A stretch of DNA of 64,000 bases from an uncultured delta proteobacterium (GCA_963771465.1 CAVYTU010000015.1:800001-864000), one strand, 5' to 3'; shown: positions 42,583-52,946, counted from the stretch's first letter. Numbers and translations are program-made. The notes: generated from the letters alone by a model not told the origin.

Positions 42583-43773
42583 CTAGACAATCGATACGAG
42601 CCCATGATCGCGAATAAACAACGGCTCACAACCAGTCTCGTGGATAATCACGGCGCCGCCCGAAGAAAATTGTATCCGTTCATCCGCCGTCATCGCCATC
42701 GGCTTCCAGATAAACACGTTGCCTGCTTCGATGCGCAAGTCACGCGCGCCCTTACCTTCGAAACGGCGATTGAAGAGCGGCCCGTCGTCACCATAACCGC
42801 AGCCCTGCAATTGCATCACTGTCTTCATACCGCGCCGCGCGCCGAAGCCGTTGACGAAATCGGCGAGTTGGCCGAATGTCATGCCCGGCTTGAGCAACGC
42901 CAAACCCTGCCGATAAACTTCCCCATGTAATGCGATGACCGGCTGCCATTCACTGCGCACCTTACCGAGCAGGACCGGCTGGCAAACTTGCGTCAGTTGG
43001 GCTCCCATGATCGCATGAATCTCATTGGTGAGCAGCGCGTTCGCCTCAAAGCGTCGGCCCAGCGGCGGGTTAGTGTAGCGCTTCGGTTTCGCCGTGTTGA
43101 TGCCATCGATGGTCAACGTCATCGGAAAATACTCGCTGCGTTCCTCCAGCATACGCGCCAGGACGGCCGCATAGACCAGACCCGCGTCCGCACCAGGCCG
43201 CGCCAGTGTGATCAGCTCGTCGAGCCCAGCGTTGGCGACTTGAGCTGAACGTCGGACATTTTCAATCTCCTCAGCGCTCTTCACATAGCGCACTTTGCCG
43301 ATAACGTCGGTGGCGTCGGCGAAATGCGCGTTGGGCAATTTGCCCATCACATGTTCGAGCGCGGTATGATTGGCCACTCCTTCGATCGACCGACAGTGGG
43401 TCAGTAAGCCGCCTTTGAGGCCGGCAACGCCGACCCGCGCGGTATGCATACCGAGATCGAGCAGCGCCTCCGCCATCGGCTCGGCCCACTCGCGGCCGGT
43501 CTGCCAAGGGTCGGGGATCCAGGAATTGTTCGACCGCCGATCGGCGACCACGATCGGCGCGCGGCCATCGGTCGGCAGCGCTAGCGCCGAGCAGCGTAGC
43601 TGCGTCATATAGCGCGCGTCGACGCCGTCGCCCAGCGGCACGAGAATACAGTCGAAGCCGGCTTGGCTTGCGTTGGCGCGCACGGCCTCCCAACGCCGGT
43701 CGCGCTCCCCGATCGAATAGCCGTTCCAGATATGAACCGTCGCACCGGCGCCCGGCGGAGTTGTCCAAGGCAT
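42583..43773 (-). CDS. M24 (pita-bread fold) peptidase/creatinase-like protein
   Basis: YSIGERDRRW, RYVKSAEEI, LKPGMTF, QGCGYGDDGP; start at ATG 43773 after GAAGGAG. Confidence 0.8.
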   Translation of the reverse strand: MPWTTPPGAGATVHIWNGYSIGERDRRWEAVRANASQAGFDCILVPLGDGVDARYMTQLRCSALALPTDGRAPIVVADRRSNNSWIPDPWQTGREWAEPMAEALLDLGMHTARVGVAGLKGGLLTHCRSIEGVANHTALEHVMGKLPNAHFADATDVIGKVRYVKSAEEIENVRRSAQVANAGLDELITLARPGADAGLVYAAVLARMLEERSEYFPMTLTIDGINTAKPKRYTNPPLGRRFEANALLTNEIHAIMGAQLTQVCQPVLLGKVRSEWQPVIALHGEVYRQGLALLKPGMTFGQLADFVNGFGARRGMKTVMQLQGCGYGDDGPLFNRRFEGKGARDLRIEAGNVFIWKPMAMTADERIQFSSGGAVIIHETGCEPLFIRDHGLVSIV

Positions 43774-43790
43774 TACGAAATCTCCTTCGA

Positions 43791-43872
43791 TGAAAGGATA
43801 AAGGCGGAAGGATAAAGAACGGAAAACCAGCAACAGCGGTGAGCCGAGATTATCCTTTATCCTTTATCCTTT
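43791..43872. repeat. Inverted heptamer repeat element (AAGGATA / TATCCTT)
   Basis: gaaaggataaaggcggaaggataaag ... ttatcctttatcctttatcctt between the two M24 genes. Confidence 0.6.
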
Positions 43873-45099
43873 AGCTTATCGACACCATTCCCGGCGTGCG
43901 TTTGACCAGCGGCTCGCCGCCTTTTTCGCTGCACAGCACACAGCCGCCCCAACTGGTATCGAAAGTGCCGTCGGCGCTGTGGGCGATCGGCTTGACGATA
44001 AACACGTTGCCTTTTTCAATCCTAACGTCGCGATTACGCGCGCCATGATTTTGCGGTGTAAAAAGAGGCCCGTCGTCGCCGTAGCCGCGCCCATGCATCA
44101 GCAGCTGGCTCTTCATGCCGCGTTTGGCGCCGAAGTTATTGATGATATCCATGAACTCGGCAAACGGCCGGCCGGGCGTGAGATATTCCAAACCGGCGTA
44201 ATACATTTCCCGCTGCATCTCGATGGCCGGCTTCCAGGAATCAGGAATCGGCCCGAGCAAGATCGGTTGCTGTTCCTGCGCGATCAAACCGCCGAAGACA
44301 GCGTCGACTTCGTTGGCGATGCGATACATCGGCTTGCAGCGTTCGTCCTTCGGTGGGATCTTCGAAGCGCGGCAAGCGGCCGCTGCCGTTGAGTCCGCTG
44401 TAAAACGCCATCGGATAATACTCGCTGCCGAGCTCGATCATGCGCTGCATCACCCGCGTGTAGAGCAGTCCTTCGTCCATGCCCGGCCGCGCCAACTCGA
44501 TCATCTTGTCGATACCCGCCGCGGCGATCGCCGCGCCTCGTCTAAGGCAGGCGATTTGTTCTTCGCTTTTGACGTATCGCGCATAGCCGATCACCTCGGT
44601 GCCGTTTTCAAAATTGGCGTTGGGCAAACGGTGGAGCACTTCGGCGTAGGAACTGTGATTAACCACACCGTGAAACGCCCGGCCATGGGTGTAAAAACCG
44701 CGCCGGATGCCCGACACGCCGATGCGCGCGCGCTCCATGCCGGCATCGATCAACGCTTGCGCCATGCTCTCACCCCAGGAATTTTCCATTGGCCGAAACT
44801 CTGGAATCCAGCCATTGCCATCTTCTTGACCGTCTCCGAGATCGGAAATGACGATCGGCTGGCGTCCATCGGTGGGCAAGATCACCGCGGCATTATCGAG
44901 ATGCGTCAGAAAACGGCAATCGGACCTGGTGCCGCGGCGCCTGTTCTAAGGATAAATGCAAATTGCGTCCATCGACACACAACGGCACGAAGATGCACTC
45001 GAAGCCCGCCTTCGCCGCGTTGTCGCGCACGCGCTGCCAGCGCCAATCGCGCTCGGCTAATGAATAACCACTCCAATTAATATCAGCCGCTGCTTCCAT
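43871..45099 (-). CDS. M24 family paralogue; two apparent +1 frameshifts (~44936, ~44330)
   Basis: YSLAERDWRW, ILPTDGRQPIV, RYVKSEEQI, HGRGYGDDGP; colinear with the 42583-43773 paralogue once frames are joined. Confidence 0.78.
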
Positions 45100-45162
45100 C
45101 GCTGCTGCTCCTCATGGGTCATCGTCGCAAGATAGTGGCGCTAGAAAATCCCAAATTTGTGG

Positions 45163-45633
45163 TTAATCCCCTTCTTCCTCCCCGAGCATGGTGCCGCGGC
45201 AGCGCCGCGCGCCGCACAAACAGGCGTGGTCGCGCTTGGCCTTCTTGGTATGGCGCTCGCCGATTTGCAGATTGTAGTCGTAGGCGAGTTCCTCTCCCGG
45301 CTTGATGTCGCGGCGCGCTTCGATGAACACTCGATGATCTTCTTCTTCGATCTCGCAGTTGGGCGCGCAGGAGTGATTGATCCAGCGCGCCGAGTTGCCG
45401 CCGCGCGTGGCATCGATGACGAACCCGTCGTCGACGGAAAAGAGCATCGTATGGGAGGAATTCTCATGCAGCCGGCCAAAGCGCCGGTCGGCTTCTTTGT
45501 CGGTGATGAGCTTCCCTTTGTATTCAATAATCCTGGTGCCCTTTGGAATCCGCCGCAGGGCAAACACGCCGCGTCCATGGATCGGCGAGGTGCGCACGCC
45601 AATGCGGCGGCGTTTATTTTTGCTTACAGCCAT
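45163..45633 (-). CDS. SET-domain protein-lysine methyltransferase with post-SET
   Basis: IHGRGVFA, IIEYKG, RWINHSCAPN, GEELAYDY, CLCGARRCRG. Confidence 0.92.
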   Translation of the reverse strand: MAVSKNKRRRIGVRTSPIHGRGVFALRRIPKGTRIIEYKGKLITDKEADRRFGRLHENSSHTMLFSVDDGFVIDATRGGNSARWINHSCAPNCEIEEEDHRVFIEARRDIKPGEELAYDYNLQIGERHTKKAKRDHACLCGARRCRGTMLGEEEGD

Positions 45634-45672
45634 CTTTCCTTTCAGGAATTCGCTACCAACCTTGGCTCTCGT

Positions 45673-47106
45673 TTAACGATCGTCCTCCATCCCCTTGACG
45701 AACTGCATCATCCGCTCAGCCGGTGCCTTGTCTTGGTATTGGCCGAACAGCCGTTGGCGCATGCGGTCGACTTCGCCGCTCTGCAAGCGCTCGTATAATT
45801 GGCTGCGCTTGCCGAACGGCGTCATCACCATATCCGCGGCGATCGCCATCAGACGTAAATGGTCCTTGGTATTCGGCGCGCCGCCGCGAAAGTAGCGCTC
45901 GACAAATGGACCAAGCTCCGTGCTCTGCAGATCCGACGCGCCGCCGCTGAGCATCAATGTGCTCGTGAGCAAAGCTTCCATCGTCTGCTCGGCGCGGTCG
46001 GAAGCTTCGATGCTGTGGACGCGGTACGCCGCACTCAACAACGGCGCCCAGGTGCCGCCGCCGGCAGCGTACCCATTAGACTCACCGACTTGAATGCACG
46101 ACCGGAGAATCTCGATATCCTGAATCAAACTCGACAAAAGAATTTGCGACGGTAGGCTGGTGTTGCGCTTGGCGTATTGGGTCAGCAACTGAGCAACGCC
46201 CAAGAACGCTTCAAGCTTCGTCACTAACCGAAGCATGGTCGAATACTGCCCCCAGGTGTGAATGTACATGATTCCTGACAGCAGCTTGGGATCTTTGTAA
46301 ACGAACAGCCGTTCCCACGGCACCACGACGTCATCGAAGATCAGCGCCGCATCGACTTCGTCGAAGCGCGTCGTCAGCGGCTGGCGCTCGGGGTCAGCGT
46401 TCTCGGCGTAAAGATCGCGACAGAGAATTTTCAGACCCTTGGTGTTCATCGGAATGGCGAACGCCATAGCATAGTCAGCTTCATCCGGCTCCCGCGGCCG
46501 ATTGGGATAAACGATCACTTCGTCGGCGATCGGCGCCAAGGTCGCCAAAGTGCGCAGGCCGCGCACCACTGGGCCTTCTTTGGTTTCGCCGACGATGTGC
46601 AGAATCAAGTCGGGATCATCCTGCTTCCCTACGGGCCTCGTGCGGTCATAATATTGGTCGGTCAGCGCGTGGGTGAGACAAAGATCGTTGCGGCTGACGT
46701 AGCGATGATAGGCGCGCGCATTGTCGGCCCACTGTTCGTTGGTCTTTTCGATCACATGGGTCCAGTCGAGCAATCCGACGATCAACTCCGCGACGAATTC
46801 CGGATAGCGCCCCATCTGGCCAAACGTTTGTTGCGCCCAGAATTCGATATTGCGCCGCTTGAGCAGCAGCTCCTGATGATTTTTTGGCGGCAGGTAACTG
46901 TACGAGATACGCTCGCCGTCGTGCTCGCAGGTCATGATGTCGCGATACTCCGGGGTATGCTGCTTGTCGTACATGTCGGCGAGCGTCTTGATCGTGCCGG
47001 TAAAACCCGTGTGTGCGGTCACGTCGACGATGCGCTTGCCCGCATGCCAAACCTCCCGGCCATCGCGCAACGCCTTGATATAATCGGCCCCTCGTCTTAC
47101 CGCCAT
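45673..47106 (-). CDS. 4-hydroxyphenylacetate 3-hydroxylase (HpaB) family oxygenase component
   Basis: YIKALRDGREVW, GQMGRYPE, LATLAPIADE, RFDEVDAALIFDDVVVPWERLF, RSQLYE. Confidence 0.88.
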   Translation of the reverse strand: MAVRRGADYIKALRDGREVWHAGKRIVDVTAHTGFTGTIKTLADMYDKQHTPEYRDIMTCEHDGERISYSYLPPKNHQELLLKRRNIEFWAQQTFGQMGRYPEFVAELIVGLLDWTHVIEKTNEQWADNARAYHRYVSRNDLCLTHALTDQYYDRTRPVGKQDDPDLILHIVGETKEGPVVRGLRTLATLAPIADEVIVYPNRPREPDEADYAMAFAIPMNTKGLKILCRDLYAENADPERQPLTTRFDEVDAALIFDDVVVPWERLFVYKDPKLLSGIMYIHTWGQYSTMLRLVTKLEAFLGVAQLLTQYAKRNTSLPSQILLSSLIQDIEILRSCIQVGESNGYAAGGGTWAPLLSAAYRVHSIEASDRAEQTMEALLTSTLMLSGGASDLQSTELGPFVERYFRGGAPNTKDHLRLMAIAADMVMTPFGKRSQLYERLQSGEVDRMRQRLFGQYQDKAPAERMMQFVKGMEDDR

Positions 47107-47422
47107 GAAAAACGACCTCCAACCTTGTTGCTGCTTGTTAGAGCACGAAGATTTATAGCGTTAATCTTGCACCGCAAGCAAGCTTACGATGGAACGGTTG
47201 CGCGCAACATTGCTGGCGCCAGTGCCGAGAGTGTCGTTGTAAGGAATGACCCGCATGCACGCGTCAAATTAAGACGCGGCAAGGGTCAATACTCGAAGGA
47301 AGTTGAAAAGATATCGCGTCGATTTATCACGAGGCGACGCTCAGCTTGGAACGATTTCCCTTAGTTTGATTTGCATTCTTTGCGGTCAATTCTCCAATCC
47401 TCAGTTTATAACTGTCTCGATC

Positions 47423-47857
47423 TTAATTCTTCTTCCCCGGCTCGGCCTGATAGCCTTGGTCCTTCCATTTGCTCACCGGGCAAAATGTCGTGCTCTGAAA
47501 ACCCATCTCTTCTGCTAGCTTCGCAGCCTGCGAGCTTTGCGCTCCGGTGCCTCAGGTGAAAACGATATAGGTTTCCTTGGACATTTTCTTGAGATGGCCT
47601 TCAAGTTCTGCCAACGGAATATTGATCGCGCCGGGAATAGTTTCTTTTTCGAAACTGGCCGCAGCGCGCACGTCGATGATCAACATTTTGCCGGCATCGA
47701 GTCGTTTCTTTAATTCCTCGGCCGGTGTTTGCTTGGCGCCAACGGCCCATTTCGTCTGGGGATCGACCGGGTAGCGCGGTTGCGCCTGGGCGGCGAATGA
47801 GGGTTGAGCCCACAATATTAGTGCGGTCAGACTCGCGCCTGCGACAAATGATCTCAC
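47423..47857 (-). CDS. Exported rhodanese-domain protein with in-frame TGA (47552-47554) at the active-site Cys: probable selenoprotein
   Basis: AAAGGAG RBS + GTG; signal peptide; LIIDVR, IPGAINIPL; ...KETYIVFT-TGA-GTGAQSSQAAKLAEEMGF...WKDQGY...KKN-TAA completes the rhodanese fold. Confidence 0.85.
47517..47536 (-). promoter_or_regulatory. Putative bacterial SECIS element (rhodanese)
   Basis: mRNA AGC-UCGCA-GGC-UGCGA-(A)-GCU hairpin; loop G 24 nt after UGA. Confidence 0.7.
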
Positions 47858-47892
47858 AAATACTCCTTTCTCAATTTGACCAAGAAGCTTAC

Positions 47893-48414
47893 TCAATCCC
47901 GATCCGACATTTCAAACGCCAGCGTCGCGTAACGCATAAAAACGCCGCCGCGCGGTTCCGCCAGCGGGCCGTTAGCCACTAAGCAAGCAATCACATGCTT
48001 GGCGCCGGGCTGCGCTTTGGTGCTCACCTCTACTCTCTGTTGTGCGTTGATGCCGACGATCGTCCCTGCCGGCCGTTCGAGCTGGCCATCGACCCAAATC
48101 TCACCGTAGTTATCAACGTTGGTCTCGAACCATACGCGGTAATCGCGCAACGCCAGGCCATTCACCTGCTCGGGCAACTCGACGGTAATCCGATACCAAG
48201 CAAAGGTAAAACCCTTGGAAATACTTCTGCGAATATCGGCACACAGGTTCCATCCCGAATCATCGAAGTCAGCCAAACGGGGCGGCGCTGCCAATAGCTG
48301 TGCGGTGAGACCTTCGTTCGGCTGGCCGGGCACCAATCCGGGACCGATGCGCCACTGTCCTTTCACCTTTCGACAATCCTCCGCGCTATTCAAATCCAAC
48401 GCGACCCTCGGCAT
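47893..48414 (-). CDS. Hypothetical protein with galactose-binding/GH2 sugar-binding-like jelly-roll features
   Basis: FDDSGW, FAWYRITVELP, VDNYGEIWVDG, HVIACLVAN; AAGGAGG RBS. Confidence 0.7.
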   Translation of the reverse strand: MPRVALDLNSAEDCRKVKGQWRIGPGLVPGQPNEGLTAQLLAAPPRLADFDDSGWNLCADIRRSISKGFTFAWYRITVELPEQVNGLALRDYRVWFETNVDNYGEIWVDGQLERPAGTIVGINAQQRVEVSTKAQPGAKHVIACLVANGPLAEPRGGVFMRYATLAFEMSDRD

Positions 48415-48460
48415 GGATGCCTCCTTAGACCCAATTTTTGCGGCAATGCGAAAATTTTTT

Positions 48461-48542
48461 TCACCACGAAGTTCACGAAGGACACGAAGGCTTCGGATGA
48501 CCAATACTCCGAACTTCGTGCTCTTCGTGTGCTTCGTGGTGA
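48461..48542. repeat. Palindromic element of three CACGAAG units at 9-nt period
   Basis: TCAC-CACGAAG-tt-CACGAAG-ga-CACGAAG-gc-TTCGGA ... TCCGAA-CTTCGTG-ct-CTTCGTG-tg-CTTCGTG-GTGA. Confidence 0.85.
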
Positions 48543-48583
48543 TTACGATCTTTGCCTTTTTGCTTGCTGCTATGCCGCGCTCG

Positions 48584-49936
48584 TTAACCTCGAAGAATCT
48601 CCGTCAGCGACCTTACGTTCTCTACTTTTTCCAAGCCTTCGATCTGCGCCAACGCGCGCTCAGCAGCGTCAGCGCTCAAAGTTTCGCGCGCGCACTGGGT
48701 AAACTTACCTCTCAGCTCGTCTTCCGACATGGGAAACTCCGAGCTGCCCCTGGAATGCTGCGCTTCGCGAGTAAGCACCTTGCCGTCCTTCAAGCGCACC
48801 GTGACGCGGCACGGGCGTCCGCCGGGGTCGGTTTTTCTCAGATTATTATCGAGATTCATTTGCACTCTTTCGGCCAACTTCAAAACATTCCGGTCACGCA
48901 CGGCGGCGTCGGTGAATGCATGCAACGACACCTCGCCGTCGATTAGCGCCCGCGCCACCAAGTAGGGCATGCAGAATTTCCCCTGGATGCTTGTTTGCGG
49001 CACTTTGAAAACGATTCGCTCGAAGGTGTGCTTGACGACATCGACGTCGACGCGCTCGACCATCTCCGGCGTCAAGCCGTTTTTAGCTCTGAATTCCAAG
49101 ATGGAATCGATCACCTGGTGGGTAAGTCCACCGCAAGGATAAGGCTTGATACGGATGCCGTCGCTGAGCAAGGCATACGATTGGCCCAACTCTTCGATCG
49201 GCTTCTCGTCGATGGGCGTACCTTGATGCAAAACTTTGTAAAAGCCAAAGCCTGATTCGATCGCTTTGCCGTTGGCGGTGTATCCGCCGGCCGCGAGCTT
49301 GGCGGCGAGCACGCCGTTGCGCGCGCCGAGACCGGCATGCAACGGTTTGGTCATGGTGCCAAAGTTTGCGACGATGCCGCCGGCCATCGATGCCGACATG
49401 CCGAGCGCCATCTCAACCTGCGATGCGTTGAGACCGAGCAATTTCGCGCATGCGGCCGCGGCGCCAAAAACACCTACCGTGCTCGGCGCGTGCCAACCGT
49501 CATGTTCGCTGTCGCGCAGGGAATGCACGATCTTAGCCGTAACCTCGTAACCGGCGGCGTAGGCTTCGATAATCTGCCGGCCGCTGGCGCCGAGCGCTTC
49601 ACCCAGAGCAAAAGTCGCCGGAATGATCGGCGAGGTCGGCTGGCCCATCAATGTGAAGCTGTGATCGAAATCCATCGCGTGGGCCGCCGTGCCATTGGCC
49701 AGCGCGGCGTTGAGCGCGGAAGATTTGAATCCTTGACCGATGACCGTGGTTTCTTCCTTAGCCTGTTCCAGGCGGGCAATCTCGGCGCAAATCTTTGCGT
49801 CCTCTTCTTTGCTGCCGGCAAGGGCCACGCCGAGGCAATCGCGCACCGCTACTTTGGCCGTCTCAATTGCCTTTGGCGGTAGGTTTTCATACTTCGCACT
49901 AACAACGAATTGAGCGATCTTTGCAGTTACGTCCAT
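48584..49936 (-). CDS. MmgE/PrpD family protein
   Basis: DCLGVALAGS, NGTAAHAMDFDH, GWHAPST, GTMTKPLHAG, KPYPCG, GKFCMPY. Confidence 0.9.
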   Translation of the reverse strand: MDVTAKIAQFVVSAKYENLPPKAIETAKVAVRDCLGVALAGSKEEDAKICAEIARLEQAKEETTVIGQGFKSSALNAALANGTAAHAMDFDHSFTLMGQPTSPIIPATFALGEALGASGRQIIEAYAAGYEVTAKIVHSLRDSEHDGWHAPSTVGVFGAAAACAKLLGLNASQVEMALGMSASMAGGIVANFGTMTKPLHAGLGARNGVLAAKLAAGGYTANGKAIESGFGFYKVLHQGTPIDEKPIEELGQSYALLSDGIRIKPYPCGGLTHQVIDSILEFRAKNGLTPEMVERVDVDVVKHTFERIVFKVPQTSIQGKFCMPYLVARALIDGEVSLHAFTDAAVRDRNVLKLAERVQMNLDNNLRKTDPGGRPCRVTVRLKDGKVLTREAQHSRGSSEFPMSEDELRGKFTQCARETLSADAAERALAQIEGLEKVENVRSLTEILRG

Positions 49937-50028
49937 AATTCCTCCTCACTAAATTCGGAATGGCAGATTTAATATCTCATCTGGCAGCGCGCAACATTTG
50001 AAGGCGCGAAATGTGGCGGCACATAGTC

Positions 50029-51114
50029 TCAACCACCAAGAATTTTTCGCGCCTGCTCGATCACTTCAGCCGGTTGACCCAAAACTTCTTTGACCAGCGC
50101 TTCCAAGTCCTCACCCGATGCATATTCCACTTCCATGCGGCTCCGCTTCGCTTCAGCCAAGAGCTCGGGATCTTTGAGGACGTTGCGAAAGCTGTCACGC
50201 AGCAGCTTCACTCGATCGGCCGGCGTCCCTGGCGTCACCATGACGGGCCGGCCGAATTCACCGCCGGAGAGGAGCGCTTGCGCCACTCGCCGCTTGGCGC
50301 TGGGAACCTTGAATTCCTCTAACACCTCGTAGACCGTCGGCGCTTCGGGCGCGCGCGGATCCCGTTTGCGCCCCGACTGAAGTAAATGCAGGTCGAAGCC
50401 CTTCTTATGCCACGAGGTGAACGGCTCTCGGCCAAAGTGCGCCGCCAAGGTATGAGCACGGCAGACTATCTCTCCTTTTTCGACCGCCAGGTCCGCTTCG
50501 GTTCCGCCTGGATATCCGGAAACCGAATTGAACTTTGCGCCCACCGTAAGCTCGAGCACCTTTCCGACGATGTAATCGGAGCTATTGGTTCCCGATCCGC
50601 CGCAACTGGGCGGGGTTTTAGCTTTGACGATGTCACCGATGCTTTTAAACGGTGTATCGGCGCGCATGTAGAACATGATCGAGTCCTGCGATGACGAGCC
50701 GAGCCAATGAAATTTGCGCAGGTCGAATTTCACTTCCTTCCGGCCGATCAGCTGCTCGATGTAGATGCTGTTATTCGGCAGCACGACATGGAGACCGTCC
50801 GGCTTTACAACGCCGTAAACATAATTCATCGCCGTCAGCGATGCCGCGCCTGCCATATTCTGCACAATGACGTTGGGGTTGCCCTCGATATACTTGCCCC
50901 AATAGCGCGCGATCAGCCGACCCCAGACATCGTAGAAGCCACCGGGCGCAGAACCCACAACGAATCTCAGTGTCTTGCCCCTGTAAAAAGGCTCGGCCTG
51001 AGCGCGACCGAGAGAGACGGGAAGAGCGCAAAGTGTCAGAACCCCAACTCCGATAAAAAACGCCAAGGCTTTCGATCGGAACTTCGACATTGTGACAAAC
51101 TTCATCCGAATCAT
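50029..51114 (-). CDS. Tripartite tricarboxylate transporter (Bug/TctC-like) substrate-binding protein
   Basis: VGSAPGGFYDVWGRL, VQNMAGA, KPDGL, GYPGG, FGRPVMVTPGTP; exact start uncertain. Confidence 0.85.
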   Translation of the reverse strand: MIRMKFVTMSKFRSKALAFFIGVGVLTLCALPVSLGRAQAEPFYRGKTLRFVVGSAPGGFYDVWGRLIARYWGKYIEGNPNVIVQNMAGAASLTAMNYVYGVVKPDGLHVVLPNNSIYIEQLIGRKEVKFDLRKFHWLGSSSQDSIMFYMRADTPFKSIGDIVKAKTPPSCGGSGTNSSDYIVGKVLELTVGAKFNSVSGYPGGTEADLAVEKGEIVCRAHTLAAHFGREPFTSWHKKGFDLHLLQSGRKRDPRAPEAPTVYEVLEEFKVPSAKRRVAQALLSGGEFGRPVMVTPGTPADRVKLLRDSFRNVLKDPELLAEAKRSRMEVEYASGEDLEALVKEVLGQPAEVIEQARKILGG

Positions 51115-51190
51115 GTGCGCGAGCCTAGTCGAAGTTCCGCCGATCTGTCAACTTACAATGCGTCGACGCGCGCGGCTTTTCATGCTACCG

Positions 51191-52853
51191 ATGAGCAGTC
51201 ATTCGCCGCTCGCCATGGAAAGGGACACCGCCCAACAATCTCGCGCCAACGTCGCCCGCAACGCCGGTATCGTCAGCTTGGCCGTGATGGCAAGCCGCGT
51301 CCTTGGTCTGGTGCGCGATCAAGTCTTTGCCGCGCTGTTCGGCGCGGGACTGCAATACGACGCCTTTCTCACCGCCTTTCGCGTGCCCAATTTACTGCGC
51401 GATCTGCTCGCCGAAGGCGCGCTTTCGGCCGCATTCGTGACGACCTTCACGCAAACTCTGCAAAGCCAAGGCAAAGAGGCAGCGGTTCGCCTGTCCAACC
51501 GCGTTGCCACACTTATCATTGCGATCATTGCCGCGCTTTCCATCCTGGCTTGGTTTTTCACGCCTGAAATCGTCCGCCTCCTCGCGCCGGGATTTTTTGC
51601 CGTGCCGGGAAAAGCTGAGCTGACCATCGATCTCACCCGCATCATGATGCCATTTCTGTTACTGATCGCGCTTGGCGGCGCAAGCGATGGGCATGCTCAA
51701 TGCGTTTAATATTTACGGCGTGCCGGCGCTCGCTTCGGCATTTTTTAACGTTGGCTCCATCGTCGGTGGATTGCTGCTCGGTTTTCTGCTCGGTCCGACC
51801 GTCGGCCTGAGTGCCATCGCCGGCATGGCTTACGGTGTTGTCATTGGCGGATTTCTGCAGCTCGCTGTGCAATGGCCGAGCCTCAAGCGCTGTGGTGTAA
51901 CCTATCGGCCCGCTATCAGTGTCCGTGACCCTGGCGTGCGCCAAATCATTCTTCTCATGGGCCCGGCGATCATCGGCACCGCCGCCGTGCAGATCAATGT
52001 CTTCATCAATACCAACTTCGCCTCGGCGATCGTCGATCCAAGCACCGGCGCGGTAATCAACGGTCCGGTGTCTTGGTTGAATTATGCGTTCCGCTTTATG
52101 CAGTTTCCCATTGGCGTTTTCGGCGTCGCCGTCGCCACCGCGACCCTGCCGACTCTCTCACGCAGCACGGCGAGTCCTGATTACGTTGATTTTCGCCGAA
52201 CTCTGGTTCACTCGCTGACGCTAGTTTTTCTTTTATGCATACCTTCGGCGGTAGGCCTGGCCGTCTTGGCAAAGCCGATCGTCGCGCTGGTCTTCGAGCA
52301 TGGAGCGTTCAACGCCTTCGACACGGCGCAAACAGCGAAGGCGCTAACGGCTTATGCCATCGGCCTCGCCGGCTACGGCGCGATCAAAGTGCTCTCGCCG
52401 GCATTTTACGCACTCAACGACGCGCGCACGCCGATGCTGATCAGCCTCGCTTCCATCGCCGTCAACTACGTTATGAACTCGCTGTTGGTAAACCGTTTCG
52501 GCCACGTCGGTCTGGCGTTTTCCACATCCGCCGTAGCGTTGGTCAATTTTTTGCTGCTGGCGCTTTTCATGCGCCGGCGCTTGGGGCGTCTCGACGGCCG
52601 CCGCCTCGGCGCTGCGATACTGCGTATCTGCGCCGCGGCGATCCCTGTGGCGATCGTCGCGTGGTTGGCGAACGAGTTCGCCAGCGCTCTACCACTGCAA
52701 GGTATCCTTCGCGAATTCGTCCAAGTGGCCACAGCGATTGTTCTAGCCGCAGTGACATTCTATTTAGGCTGCCGCCTCTTGAAGATTGAAGAATTGAACG
52801 AAGCCATCACCGCGATCGGTGGTCGGCTGCTGCGCTCGCGGCGGAATAAATAG
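51191..52853 (+). CDS. murJ: Lipid II flippase MurJ; apparent +1 frameshift near 51670
   Basis: SRVLGLVRD, AFRVPNLLRDLLAEGALSAAFV, YAFRFMQFPIGVFG, FYALNDARTP; start uncertain (51191 or 51215). Confidence 0.9.
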
Positions 52854-52946
52854 AAGTTTCGCCTTTCATCCACCAACACGCGCGCGAAAACGCCGTTGAC
52901 AACTTTGTTGTCGCCGTTTAACAATTCATTGATCGAAGGAGGCGTC

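Noticed and set aside
48461-48542. Possible mini-CRISPR
   Set aside because: Units are 7 nt with 2-nt spacers and inverted; no cas genes
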